Positions 36,651 through 45,872 of a stretch of DNA of 64,000 bases are shown one piece after another. Source of the DNA: Subdoligranulum sp. CAG:314 (GTDB lineage Bacteria; Bacillota; Clostridia; Christensenellales; CAG-314); the NCBI GenBank assembly GCA_000437915.1, contig FR901000.1, positions 119,244 to 183,243 of the forward strand. Direction: 5' to 3'. The notes beneath the pieces are model-generated. The model was not told the origin of the DNA. It saw only the letters and a program-made list of their open reading frames with translations, and did not search any database. The translations under genes and the position numbers were made by a program. How positions within the stretch are numbered: position 1 is the first letter of the stretch; each line of letters begins with the position of its first letter.

Positions 36651-36662
36651 AGTATTGTAGCA
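36651..36662 (-). promoter_or_regulatory. Extended -10 promoter element upstream of the riboswitch
   Basis: Minus strand reads TGCTACAAT (TGn + TACAAT), about 20 nt before the aptamer. No good -35 at canonical spacing. Confidence 0.4.
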
Positions 36663-36787
36663 CAGTTTTTCAAAACAGTACAGCGTTTTGAATAAAAATT
36701 TTTCCGAACATACGCGCGCGTCGAGAAAGCGTCCGCGTCTTTTTCAAGTACGCTCCGACGTAGAATCGAAAGGACGTTAACGCGTTT

Positions 36788-36816
36788 ACAAAACAAAAGC
36801 GCCGCAAAAGCAGCGC
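36788..36816 (-). terminator. Intrinsic terminator after the coiled-coil protein gene
   Basis: Minus strand reads GCGCTGC-TTTT-GCGGCGC followed by TTTTGTTTTG. It separates this gene from the riboswitch operon. Confidence 0.65.
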
Positions 36817-36848
36817 TTTGACACTCTGTAAAAAATTTTGCGGTGCGC

Positions 36849-39800
36849 TTACACTGCCGCGTACTCCACTTCAAGCAGGGAAAGCGCTTTGTTCAGTTTC
36901 AATCGGTTGCACACTATTCTTTCGTCCACAATCAGCCAATTGCCCCTTTCTCCGTTGTGTGCGGGCTGAGCCAAAAGCAGACTCAGATATATCAGCAGTC
37001 TGTCCGTATTTTCTATGCCGGCAAGCTCTATCGCATTCTGTTCGGAATCGGAAAAAACAAGCTCGTTTTCAAAGCTTACGCCAAGACGCCCCTCCGACAT
37101 GATTTTCAACAGCGAATCCGCATACGCAACCACGCTTTTGACCTTGTCGTAAATGATTGCCGAAGCAACCTTAGTTTCGTTGAACGCCTCCGTCAGACCG
37201 CCGAGTATTTCCGCCTCGTTGGCAGCCTGCGCCAGACTGACTTTCAGCGCGCCCGTATTGACGAACACATTTAGCTCGTAGTCCAGCTTTTCTTCAAGCT
37301 CCGCCGCTTTGGCGTCGAGATTGGCAAGCCGTCTTTCGAGATGCGCCGCCCTTTCCGCCGCGCGGGGAATCTCTTTTTCTCGGGGCAGAAGCTCAAGCGC
37401 GCGCTTTTCAGTATCCGTCCTTTCGGTGAGTTTTTCAAACAGATAATCGAAATTTTTTACGCCTCTGCGCGTCGCCTCTATATCCTCGTCGGAAAGGTCG
37501 GCTATCGCGCGTATCCACTCCTCGTTTCTGTCGGAGCTTTTGAGCATTTCCGACAGAGAACGCCTGCTTTCTTCCAGAGCCTTTTCCTTCACGTCGCAAT
37601 CTATTTCGAGACAGCGCAGCTCTACGCGCTTGTCGAACACCTGACGGCTGAGATTTTCCTTGCTGTCGAAAAGCATATTGCGCTCGCTCTCCACCTCCTC
37701 CAGCTCTCCCTCAAGCTCGGCAAGCCTTTCCTCTGTTTCGCCGCCGGCAAATTCCTCCGCCTTTTCGCCCGCAGCCACGATTTCTCTTTCGTTGGCGCGT
37801 ATTTTTTGCAGCGTCTCTATGATAAGCTCCTGAATCCTCAGACGCTTGTTGTCAAGCTGGTCTATGGTGTCGAGAATTGTTTTGTGCTGTTTGTAGGACA
37901 GCGACAGCCTGTCTCCTATGTCCGCAAGCTCGTGCTTGATTTGCTCGTTGGTCTGCATAATCACTTCCAGCCCGCCCTCGTCGGAAACGCTCCTGCGGTT
38001 GTCCGAAAGATAATTTAGGCGGGTCGTAAGCTCGGTCAGTCTGCCTTTCTTCTGTTCCAAATCGCGCTTCAAGGCTCTCAGCTCGGTCTCGTTTTTTACC
38101 ACGTCCTCCTGAATACCCAGCAGATATCTCGTCGCGCCGTTTGTTTCCAGAGATTTCAGATATTGCTGTGTGGACTCCGCCTGATTCTGCGCCACAAGCT
38201 CCAAATATTTTCTGTTTATATTGCTTTTTTCCTGCCGCAGGGACTCTATTTCGGCGTTGTTTACGGCTATATGCCGCGAAATTTCCCCCATCGCGCCTTT
38301 GAGCATAGCCGACGCGCGCATTGCCTCCTGCCTGTCCATAGTCCTGTTTGCCAGGTCGCTTTTGAGCCGCTCTATTTCAGGGTCGTCAAGCTGCGCGGGC
38401 AGCGCGGACATGACGGAAATATTGTCCGGCTCCTCTCGTCCCGCCAGCAACACCTGCCGCTTGAACTCCTCCTCCTTGGCAAACTGCTTTCTCACAAGAA
38501 CGGTGGAAATGGACTCGCTCGATTGTTCAAGCCGCATTTCCTGAAAGCCGTTGTCCTCCAAGGCACGGCGGAAATTGTTGAGTTTTTCTTTAAGAGAGTC
38601 GTTTATAAGCGTCAGCTTGTCTATTTTCGCGTCGATAACGCTTACTATCGCGTCCTTTGCCTTCAACGGCGCTACCGTGCTGTCAAGCGCCATAAGGCTG
38701 TTCAGCTGCTTGGTCTGTCCCGAAATGGTCAGCTCCTTGTCCGCTATGTCGCTTTCCCTCGCCGCAATTTCGGTTTGAAGTCTGTCCGTCTGCGCGCGGA
38801 TTTCGGTAATCTTGACCTCGGCGCGCACGTTTTCCATCAGTTCCCCTATGCTCTGCTCGGGAATATTGAAAGACTCCATACTCTGTCTTATTTCGGCTAT
38901 CGACTGCTCCACGTCGGCAAGATTGTTTTTGAGGTTTACCTTTTTGGTTTCCAGCCTGTCAAGCTGCACGTTGAGCTTGCCCATGCTTTCGGTAAGCTCG
39001 TTGTTGCGCCTTTTCAGCTCCTCCGCCTTTTTCTGTTCGTCAATGGCGATTTCCATACGGGACTTTTTGGCGATAAGGGAATCCGCCTGCGCCTGCTTGG
39101 ACACAAGCTGCTCCGTTATCGAAGCAAATTCGCCGTCCTGCCAATCTATTTCGCCTTTTAACGCTTGCCTTTTTTCTTTGAGAGCTTCAAGCGCCTGCTT
39201 CTCCGCGTCCAGACGGCGCATTCTTGCGACAAGCTCACAAGCCTCGTCGTATGCCGCAAGCTGTCCCCTTTTCAAATCTATGTAGTCCTTGTTTTCAAGC
39301 AGCTTTTCAAGCTTGGCGCTGTCGGAGGCGTATTCGGCGGCAAGAGCTCCCGCCGCTTTTTGACCGAACATATTGCGTTTAAGCTTTTCAAGCTCGGACG
39401 CCCTTTCCTCCCGCTCGGCAAGGTTTGCCTTGACGGCGGCGAACAGCTTTTCTATATTTTCCTTTGCGGAAAAGGGAATGTCCGCGTCAGCCATGCGCCT
39501 TGCGCGTTCCAAAGCCTGCCCGTGGCGTTCCTTCAAACCCGCAAAAACCTTTTCCCCCTCGTCGGCCGCCCTCAAAAGCCCGTCAAGGTCGGCAAAGCTC
39601 CTTGCGGAACCCTTTTTTACAAATTCCTTAAATCCGTCGGCGGAGGCAAAGCAATTTTGCGCAAGCTCCCGCAAGTCGCAGCCTGCAAGCCTGAAAAGCT
39701 CCTCGTTGACGCGCTTTTCGCGCGCTACGACCTCCGTCTTGCCGTCGCAGTCTTTTTCTTTCAGCGCGCGGCGGGTGACGCCCTCGGCGTTTGTAGTCGC

Positions 39801-40010
39801 GCTCAAAACGTACCGTTTGCCTTTAAGCTCAAACTCCACCCACACGTCCTTAGCCGTTTCGTTCTCATCGCCCAACGCTCTGAGCAAACCGTCGTAAAGC
39901 TCGTTGGAGCCTTTTTTGAGTATATCGCGCGACGAAGCCGCGCGTTGAAAATCGAACACGCTTTTTTCCTTTTGACCTCTTGGCGCAAGGGCGATACCGT
40001 ATATTTTCAT
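36849..40010 (-). CDS. Rad50/SbcC/SMC-like long coiled-coil protein with a degenerate ATPase head
   Basis: 1053 aa from MKIYGIAL (GGAGGA SD). About 850 aa of heptad-rich E/K/L/R sequence. C-terminal Walker-B-like WLIVDE. No G....GK[ST] P-loop anywhere and no LSGG signature. Confidence 0.6.
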   Translation of the reverse strand: MKIYGIALAPRGQKEKSVFDFQRAASSRDILKKGSNELYDGLLRALGDENETAKDVWVEFELKGKRYVLSATTNAEGVTRRALKEKDCDGKTEVVAREKRVNEELFRLAGCDLRELAQNCFASADGFKEFVKKGSARSFADLDGLLRAADEGEKVFAGLKERHGQALERARRMADADIPFSAKENIEKLFAAVKANLAEREERASELEKLKRNMFGQKAAGALAAEYASDSAKLEKLLENKDYIDLKRGQLAAYDEACELVARMRRLDAEKQALEALKEKRQALKGEIDWQDGEFASITEQLVSKQAQADSLIAKKSRMEIAIDEQKKAEELKRRNNELTESMGKLNVQLDRLETKKVNLKNNLADVEQSIAEIRQSMESFNIPEQSIGELMENVRAEVKITEIRAQTDRLQTEIAARESDIADKELTISGQTKQLNSLMALDSTVAPLKAKDAIVSVIDAKIDKLTLINDSLKEKLNNFRRALEDNGFQEMRLEQSSESISTVLVRKQFAKEEEFKRQVLLAGREEPDNISVMSALPAQLDDPEIERLKSDLANRTMDRQEAMRASAMLKGAMGEISRHIAVNNAEIESLRQEKSNINRKYLELVAQNQAESTQQYLKSLETNGATRYLLGIQEDVVKNETELRALKRDLEQKKGRLTELTTRLNYLSDNRRSVSDEGGLEVIMQTNEQIKHELADIGDRLSLSYKQHKTILDTIDQLDNKRLRIQELIIETLQKIRANEREIVAAGEKAEEFAGGETEERLAELEGELEEVESERNMLFDSKENLSRQVFDKRVELRCLEIDCDVKEKALEESRRSLSEMLKSSDRNEEWIRAIADLSDEDIEATRRGVKNFDYLFEKLTERTDTEKRALELLPREKEIPRAAERAAHLERRLANLDAKAAELEEKLDYELNVFVNTGALKVSLAQAANEAEILGGLTEAFNETKVASAIIYDKVKSVVAYADSLLKIMSEGRLGVSFENELVFSDSEQNAIELAGIENTDRLLIYLSLLLAQPAHNGERGNWLIVDERIVCNRLKLNKALSLLEVEYAAV

Positions 40011-40217
40011 GCTTTCCTCCGAGGGGAACACAAACTGCGTTCTGAATTTATTATAATTTTATTGCTGAACTGTTTGAATTTTTACAAATGTGTGCTAAAA
40101 TCTTCTTTACGGAAAAAAAGCTCCGCTTAAAGCAACGTTTTTCTTTTGTTTATTATACCACAGCTGAAAAATAAATCAAGCGGAATTTTCCATTTGACTA
40201 TTAAGAGGTAATTGCTT

Positions 40218-41663
40218 ATGCCCTTGTGCAGCGCTTCCGCCGAGCTTGTCAACTCCGGCTACACCGTTGTGGACAACGCCTTCATCGCCGAATATATGCC
40301 GCAAAGTCCTTCGGGCTGCGCGGAAATTTATCTTTTCGGACTTTATCTGTGTTCGCAGCCCAACAAGCAACACAACACTATGGAGGTCATGTGCCGCGCG
40401 TTGGGGCTAAAGGAGGAGGACGTCATAAACGGCTTCGCCTATTGGGAAGAAATGGGACTTGTGCACGTCGTGCAAAAGGAACCGATAGAGGTCGTTTACC
40501 TTTCGCAGAAAACCTCCCACGCGCTGCTGAAAAAAATCAAGGCGGGAAAATACTCCTCCTTCAACAAGCAGATTCAGGACGTAATTTCCGGTCGCATGAT
40601 AACGGTGCAGGAATACAACGAGTATTATATGTTTCTCGAAACCGCCTTTTTCCAACCCGAAGCGTTGGTGGCGGTGGCAAAGCACTGCGCCGAGCTTAAA
40701 GGAAACGACATAGGCTACAATTATATTCTTACGGTTGCGCGCAATCTTGCGACGGCGGGCTACACCTCCGCAGCCGCCGTCGAGGAAAAGCTCGCCAACC
40801 ACCCCAAATTCAACGAGGAACTGTCCCTTGTTTTCAAGGCGATGGGTTTAAGGCGCAAAATCGAATTCGAGGACAGACGCGCCTATGAAAAATGGACAAG
40901 CGATTTCGGCTTTTCTCCCGACATAGTTCTCAAAATTGCAAAACGCTTCAAAAAAGGCGAAATACGCAAGCTGGACGCCGCCCTGTCGCAATATTTCAAG
41001 CTCAATCTTCTGTCCGAGAGAGAAATAGAAAGCTTTGAAAGCTCCAAGCAGGAGCTTTTGGAGCTTACGCGGGAAATAAACCGCATAATAGGATACTACC
41101 ATCCCTCTTTGGAGCTTGTCGCGGAGGAATACGTGACGCCCTGGACGCAAAAGGGCTACGACGGCGAGACCTTGAAGCTCATCGCAAGATATTGCTTCCG
41201 TCGGCGCATACAGACTTTGGAGGGCATGAACTACACGGTAGACAAGTTTTTCAAACTCGGGCTTTTGGACGCCGACGCGATAAATCAATACATAGAACGT
41301 CTATTGCGCTACGACGAAAACATAAGAAAGCTTCTCGACAACATGGGAGTGCTGCGCACGGTTACGGCTGCGGACAGAAAGAATTACGCGCTGTGGATTG
41401 AGGATTGGCAGATGTCTCCGGAAACTGTCGAATATGCCTCCACCCTCTGCTCGGGCGCGCTGAATCCCATGTCTTATCTAAACAAAATTCTTTCCGATTT
41501 CAAGCAGAGGGGCGCCACCACGCCTGAAAAGGCCAAAGCCTTATCCCTTTCCCCAAAAACGCAAATGCAGGAAAAAAAGGCGCGCCCGACGGGCACCGAA
41601 AGGAATTATACGGCGGAGCAGCTCGCAGCGCTGTTCGACAATCTCGACGAAATAAAAATTTGA
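40218..41663 (+). CDS. DnaD-domain replication initiation / membrane attachment protein (B. subtilis DnaB-like)
   Basis: About 481 aa. The N-terminus (VVDNAFIAEYMP.....EIYLFGLY) and repeated DnaB_2/DnaD-like C-terminal modules are typical of this family. Immediately followed by a DnaI-like loader. Confidence 0.7.
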   Translation: MPLCSASAELVNSGYTVVDNAFIAEYMPQSPSGCAEIYLFGLYLCSQPNKQHNTMEVMCRALGLKEEDVINGFAYWEEMGLVHVVQKEPIEVVYLSQKTSHALLKKIKAGKYSSFNKQIQDVISGRMITVQEYNEYYMFLETAFFQPEALVAVAKHCAELKGNDIGYNYILTVARNLATAGYTSAAAVEEKLANHPKFNEELSLVFKAMGLRRKIEFEDRRAYEKWTSDFGFSPDIVLKIAKRFKKGEIRKLDAALSQYFKLNLLSEREIESFESSKQELLELTREINRIIGYYHPSLELVAEEYVTPWTQKGYDGETLKLIARYCFRRRIQTLEGMNYTVDKFFKLGLLDADAINQYIERLLRYDENIRKLLDNMGVLRTVTAADRKNYALWIEDWQMSPETVEYASTLCSGALNPMSYLNKILSDFKQRGATTPEKAKALSLSPKTQMQEKKARPTGTERNYTAEQLAALFDNLDEIKI

Positions 41664-41667
41664 AAAT

Positions 41668-42606
41668 ATGGACAAAATTCGGCTTGACAAAACAATAAAA
41701 GATATGCTTGCGCAAAGACGGCAGAAAGCGGAGCTTGACGCATTGAGCTACCGCGATTTTGTCATGAGCAACGCCGACTACGCCGCGCTGGACAGGCTTT
41801 TGAGGGAAAAAGAACTCGAAGAAATGAAGCTGAGCTTTTCGGGCAAAAGCGCCCCTCCCTCTTTAAAAGCCGAGCTAAAACGACTGCGCGGGCAAAAAAG
41901 CGCGCTTGAAAAAGAGCTTGGAATAAACGCGGAGAGACTTCTTCCCCGATATTTCTGCTCCAAATGCTCGGATACGGGAAGATACGAAGGAAAAATCTGC
42001 GAATGCGCAATCAGGCTCAGGGAGGAGCTGCTTTACTCGGACAGTTCCTTTGTGTGCAAAGGGCAGCAATTTTCCCTTTCGACCGAGACCGATGAGGAAA
42101 ACAACAAAGCCATCGAAATCTGCCGCAGGTTTGCCGATGCTTACCCCTCGACGCAAATCTTGAACATAATTATTTTCGGCGCGGTGGCAACGGGAAAGAC
42201 CTTTCTTGCGGGCAGTATCTGCAACCGCCTCGCAGAGCGCGGCTTGTCCTTTTGTGCGCTCACCGCATTCGGGCTTGCGAGAGAATTTCTGAACGAACAC
42301 ACATCCCCCGCCGCGCAGAGAACGGGTTTGTCGGAGCTGACGGACGCGCCTCTGCTTGTCATAGACGATTTGGGCAGCGAGCCCTTTTACAACAACGTTT
42401 CGCGAGAATATCTTTTTGCGCTGCTCGACGAGCGCGCGGTCGGGAAAAGAGGTACCATCGTCACCACCAATCTTTCGCTTGCCGAGCTGTGCGAAAGATA
42501 CGGCGAAAGAGTCTTTTCGAGGCTGGCGGACAAATCCAAAGGAATCTTTATCAATCTGAAAGGCTCGGACAAAAGACTCAACAACAAACAAGGCGGTCGG
42601 CAATGA
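41668..42606 (+). CDS. DnaC/DnaI-like helicase loader ATPase
   Basis: 312 aa. Cys cluster CSKCSDTG...CEC. Walker A GAVATGKT. Walker B LLVIDDLGSE. Confidence 0.8.
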   Translation: MDKIRLDKTIKDMLAQRRQKAELDALSYRDFVMSNADYAALDRLLREKELEEMKLSFSGKSAPPSLKAELKRLRGQKSALEKELGINAERLLPRYFCSKCSDTGRYEGKICECAIRLREELLYSDSSFVCKGQQFSLSTETDEENNKAIEICRRFADAYPSTQILNIIIFGAVATGKTFLAGSICNRLAERGLSFCALTAFGLAREFLNEHTSPAAQRTGLSELTDAPLLVIDDLGSEPFYNNVSREYLFALLDERAVGKRGTIVTTNLSLAELCERYGERVFSRLADKSKGIFINLKGSDKRLNNKQGGRQ

Positions 42607-43352
42607 AAAATTTTATCGATATCACCCACAAAAACCTTGCAGTAAAGCTTGCGGAAACGCGCGAGGAAATAGAAAAAGCGCGCGTTCTGCGATTCGACGA
42701 GCTGATAAACAAAAGCAATCCGGACATACCTTATTCCCAATGCTTTGACGACAGCGACTTTATTTACGACCACCTTATCGTAACCGACAGGGACAACGGT
42801 TCGGTAGTGGGCACCTACCGTTTGGGCAGGCGCGAGCAGCTTGAAAAAATAGGAGATTTTTACACCAACGTCAAATTCAACGTGGACAGCCTTATGGCTG
42901 CCGAGGGCGAGGTGCTCGAGCTGAGCCGCATGGCGATTAGGGAAAGCTACCGCGACGGCTCGGTCATCAAACTGCTGTGGAAGGGACTGTTCGCCTACTG
43001 TGCGAGGTTTGACGTGAAATGGCTTTTCGGCATCATATCCCTGCCGACAACGGAGCCTGACGACGCGCTTAATTTTTTGTCGTACATAAACAACGGCTTG
43101 CTGACGGAAGAATTCGATTTGTTCGCAAGAGAGCCGGTAGTAAGGACAAAGCTGCTGTCTGCCGACGAAATCGACGTATTCAAGGCAAAAAAAGAAATGC
43201 ACCCCATACTCAAAGCGTACCTGTCGATGGGCTGCAAATTTGCGCGCGGCGCGCACTACGACCTGGGCTTTTTGAAGAGCATAGACGTAATGATTGTCAT
43301 AGACTTCAAAAAAGTCAATCCGAAATATATAGAACTTGTCACCCGAATGTGA
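42603..43352 (+). CDS. GNAT-fold N-acyl amino acid synthase (OlsB / hemolysin-like N-acyltransferase family)
   Basis: 249 aa from the ATG at 42603 (ATGA overlap with the dnaI-like stop). Family hallmarks are RF.....K.......D.FD..hDHLhV.D....VVGTYRL, ELSRMAI...YR and LKAYLSMG. Confidence 0.7.
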   Translation: MKNFIDITHKNLAVKLAETREEIEKARVLRFDELINKSNPDIPYSQCFDDSDFIYDHLIVTDRDNGSVVGTYRLGRREQLEKIGDFYTNVKFNVDSLMAAEGEVLELSRMAIRESYRDGSVIKLLWKGLFAYCARFDVKWLFGIISLPTTEPDDALNFLSYINNGLLTEEFDLFAREPVVRTKLLSADEIDVFKAKKEMHPILKAYLSMGCKFARGAHYDLGFLKSIDVMIVIDFKKVNPKYIELVTRM

Positions 43353-43365
43353 CCGAAGGCAGAAT

Positions 43366-44598
43366 ATGAAACAGCGCACACCTCCCGACAGACAACCGGC
43401 AATTTTGCCGCGCCCCTTTGCGTTGAACTTTTTCAGAAACGCAATCAGATTTTTTTATATCAACCCTCGCGTAAAAAGAAAGCTTGACTGCGACAGGAAA
43501 AAACTTCCGCCGCAGTTCGTTCTTTTGTGCAACCACCCTTCAGGGCTGGACAACCTCTACGCGGTGGATTGGCTGCTGCCCGAGCACAAGCTGAATTTTA
43601 TTTCCAACCGCTATTATTTTTTCAAAACGGCGCTCGGCAGAATGCTCAGAAAGGTGGGCTGCATACCCAAGAGCCTTTTTACGGGCGATATAGAATCGGT
43701 CAAAAACTGTCTGCGCATAGCAAAAGCGGGCGGGAACATAGGTATCATGGCGGACGTAAGGCTGTCGATGTACGGACAGACGGAGGATGTGCCCGACACC
43801 ACCGCAAGATTTTTAAAAAAGCTTGGACTGCCCGTTGTGGTCATGCACTTTGACGGCAGCTATATGACCAAACCCAAATGGGCAAAGGACATACGCAAGG
43901 GTATGATTCTTGCAAAATGCTACGAGCTTTTCGACAGCGCTTCACTTGCCGCCGCCACCGACGAAGAAGTGACCTCGAAGATGAGAGAAGCCCTTTACTA
44001 CGACGACTTCGAGTGGATAAAAAAGCACCCCGAAATCACCTTCAAATCCAAAAAAATTGCGGAGGGGTTGGAAAACATACTTTACAAATGTCCGCACTGC
44101 GGCAAAGAATTTTGTTTAAAGAGCAAAAAGGACAGATTTTTCTGCACCTCGTGCGGATACGAGGTAAGGCTTAATCCGCGCTACGCTTTCCTGCCGCAGA
44201 GAGGCTTTCCTCTTTATTTTGAAAACCTCAGAGATTGGTTCAAGGCGCAGAAAGCGGAAATCGCCCTTGCAATAACCGATTCCGATTTTTGCCTATCCTC
44301 TCCCGTTCTGCTAAAAAAGCGCAGCAAGGACGGCAAAACATTTTTGCGCGAGGCGGGACGCGGCACGTGCACGCTTTCTCACGGAGGGCTTGTCTACGAG
44401 GGAAGCGCGGACGGCGAAAACCTTCGGTTGGAATTCAAGCCGTCGGAGCTTTACGCGCTCAGCTACTTGACGGGCAAGGGCTTTCAGCATTTTTCGGGTA
44501 CGGATTATTTTTGTTTCATGCCCGACGAGCCGCTGCTTTCAATCAAATTTTACATAGCCGCCGAGCTGTTGGGCAAAATGCACGGCGCAAAGGGCTGA
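43366..44598 (+). CDS. Lysophospholipid (PlsC/OlsA-like) acyltransferase with a C-terminal zinc-ribbon-containing extension
   Basis: HX4D motif (NHPSGLD). Zinc ribbon CPHCG....CTSCG. 13 nt downstream of the N-acyl synthase gene. Confidence 0.65.
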   Translation: MKQRTPPDRQPAILPRPFALNFFRNAIRFFYINPRVKRKLDCDRKKLPPQFVLLCNHPSGLDNLYAVDWLLPEHKLNFISNRYYFFKTALGRMLRKVGCIPKSLFTGDIESVKNCLRIAKAGGNIGIMADVRLSMYGQTEDVPDTTARFLKKLGLPVVVMHFDGSYMTKPKWAKDIRKGMILAKCYELFDSASLAAATDEEVTSKMREALYYDDFEWIKKHPEITFKSKKIAEGLENILYKCPHCGKEFCLKSKKDRFFCTSCGYEVRLNPRYAFLPQRGFPLYFENLRDWFKAQKAEIALAITDSDFCLSSPVLLKKRSKDGKTFLREAGRGTCTLSHGGLVYEGSADGENLRLEFKPSELYALSYLTGKGFQHFSGTDYFCFMPDEPLLSIKFYIAAELLGKMHGAKG

Positions 44599-44670
44599 CG
44601 GGAAACTCCCCGACGTTCCGCCAAACCCGTCGCGGGCGCAATTTAATTCCTCAAAAAGACAAAACAAAAA

Positions 44671-44693
44671 GACGGCTTTTAGCCGTCTTTTTT
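44671..44693. terminator. Bidirectional terminator between convergent genes
   Basis: A-run, GACGGCT-TTT-AGCCGTC, then T6. Confidence 0.7.
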
Positions 44694-45595
44694 CAGCTGT
44701 TGAACTCCTGCTCCGGCACGGAAAGCTTTATCGGTCTTTCCTTCGCCACGAAAATCACGCCCAAGGTACCCGGACCGCAGTGTGAAGCGATGACGGGTCC
44801 CACAATCTGCCGCTTGACCTCGGCTTCGGGACGCCCCTCTTTGATAAGTCGGGCAAGCAAATCGCCGTCCTCCCCGCAATCGGCGTCAACCACATAGACC
44901 TCGTATTTGTCAAGCTCCACTCCGTCCTCCACGACGCGGCGGGCAAGGTTTCTGATTGTTCTTTTGCGGCCGCGCACCTTGTAGACGACGGAAAGTCCTC
45001 CCTCCTCGTTGAAGGTCAAAACGGGCTTTATGCCGAGAATAGTCCCGAAAATACCGCTTGTCAGACTGAGTCTGCCACCCTTGTGCAGATACATCAGGTC
45101 GTCGCAGGCAAAATATGTGGCAACCCGATTGGTAAACTCGTTGAGAAACTTAAACAGCTCCCCGTCGCTAGCGCCCGTGCGCCACAGCTCGGCGGCGTAT
45201 TTGACTTGAAGTCCCGCGCCGAGAGAAATTTCCTTGGTGTTGAAAACGGTAAATTTTCTGTCGGGAAACTCCTCTTTGAGCTTTTTTACCGCCGCGTCGA
45301 GACTCTGAAAGGTTCCCGACAGGGCGTGCGAAAAGGTAATGTAAAAAATATCCTCGCCCTTTTCAAAATAAGGGCGGAAAATCTCGTCGTACATTTCGGG
45401 ATTGAGGGCGGAAGTGATACATTTCGCGCCGTTTCTGACGGATTTGTACCATAAATCAAAATCGGTATTTTTCCCCAAATCGTAAAAATACTCCGTGTCC
45501 TCGAGAGTATACGGCATACTGATAAATTTCAGTCCCAGCCTTTCCACCTCGTCGAACCACAGCTCGCAGTTGGAATCGCAAAACAACACACTCAT
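44693..45595 (-). CDS. DegV family fatty-acid-binding protein
   Basis: 300 aa. DegV-type pattern (..DS...L.......G.....P......Y.D; TS.LNP..Y; ISLGAG). GGAGGT SD. Confidence 0.85.
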   Translation of the reverse strand: MSVLFCDSNCELWFDEVERLGLKFISMPYTLEDTEYFYDLGKNTDFDLWYKSVRNGAKCITSALNPEMYDEIFRPYFEKGEDIFYITFSHALSGTFQSLDAAVKKLKEEFPDRKFTVFNTKEISLGAGLQVKYAAELWRTGASDGELFKFLNEFTNRVATYFACDDLMYLHKGGRLSLTSGIFGTILGIKPVLTFNEEGGLSVVYKVRGRKRTIRNLARRVVEDGVELDKYEVYVVDADCGEDGDLLARLIKEGRPEAEVKRQIVGPVIASHCGPGTLGVIFVAKERPIKLSVPEQEFNS

Positions 45596-45840
45596 GTTTA
45601 TGACCTCCGAATATATTCCCCTGATTTTATATTATAAGTTGAAACGGCTTAAATGTCCAATAAATTGAAGAAAAATTTATGCCGATTTTGTCCGAAACAA
45701 CCGAATCGGACGAAAACCGTCCGCGCGTGCGGCCGCCTCTCCGCCGCATAAACCAAAAAACGAACTGAACTTTCAATCCCGAAAGACGGCGGCGCACCGA
45801 AAAATTTCGCACCGCTTGGGCTACACACGGCAAAAGAACG

Positions 45841-45868
45841 CAAAAAGGCGGAGTCCGTGCTCCGCCCC
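45841..45868 (-). terminator. Intrinsic terminator after the MarR gene
   Basis: Minus strand reads GGCGGAG-CACGGA-CTCCGCC followed by TTTTTG. Confidence 0.65.
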
Positions 45869-45872
45869 TCAA

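Noticed and set aside
36638-36874. 78-aa minus-strand ORF between the coiled-coil gene and the riboswitch
   Set aside because: It spans a terminator and the riboswitch promoter, has no SD and shows no protein-like composition.
40218-42606. DnaD-domain and DnaC-like pair as a sign of a prophage or mobile element
   Set aside because: No integrase, recombinase, phage structural genes or flanking repeats are nearby. The pair matches the chromosomal dnaB-dnaI arrangement of Firmicutes.
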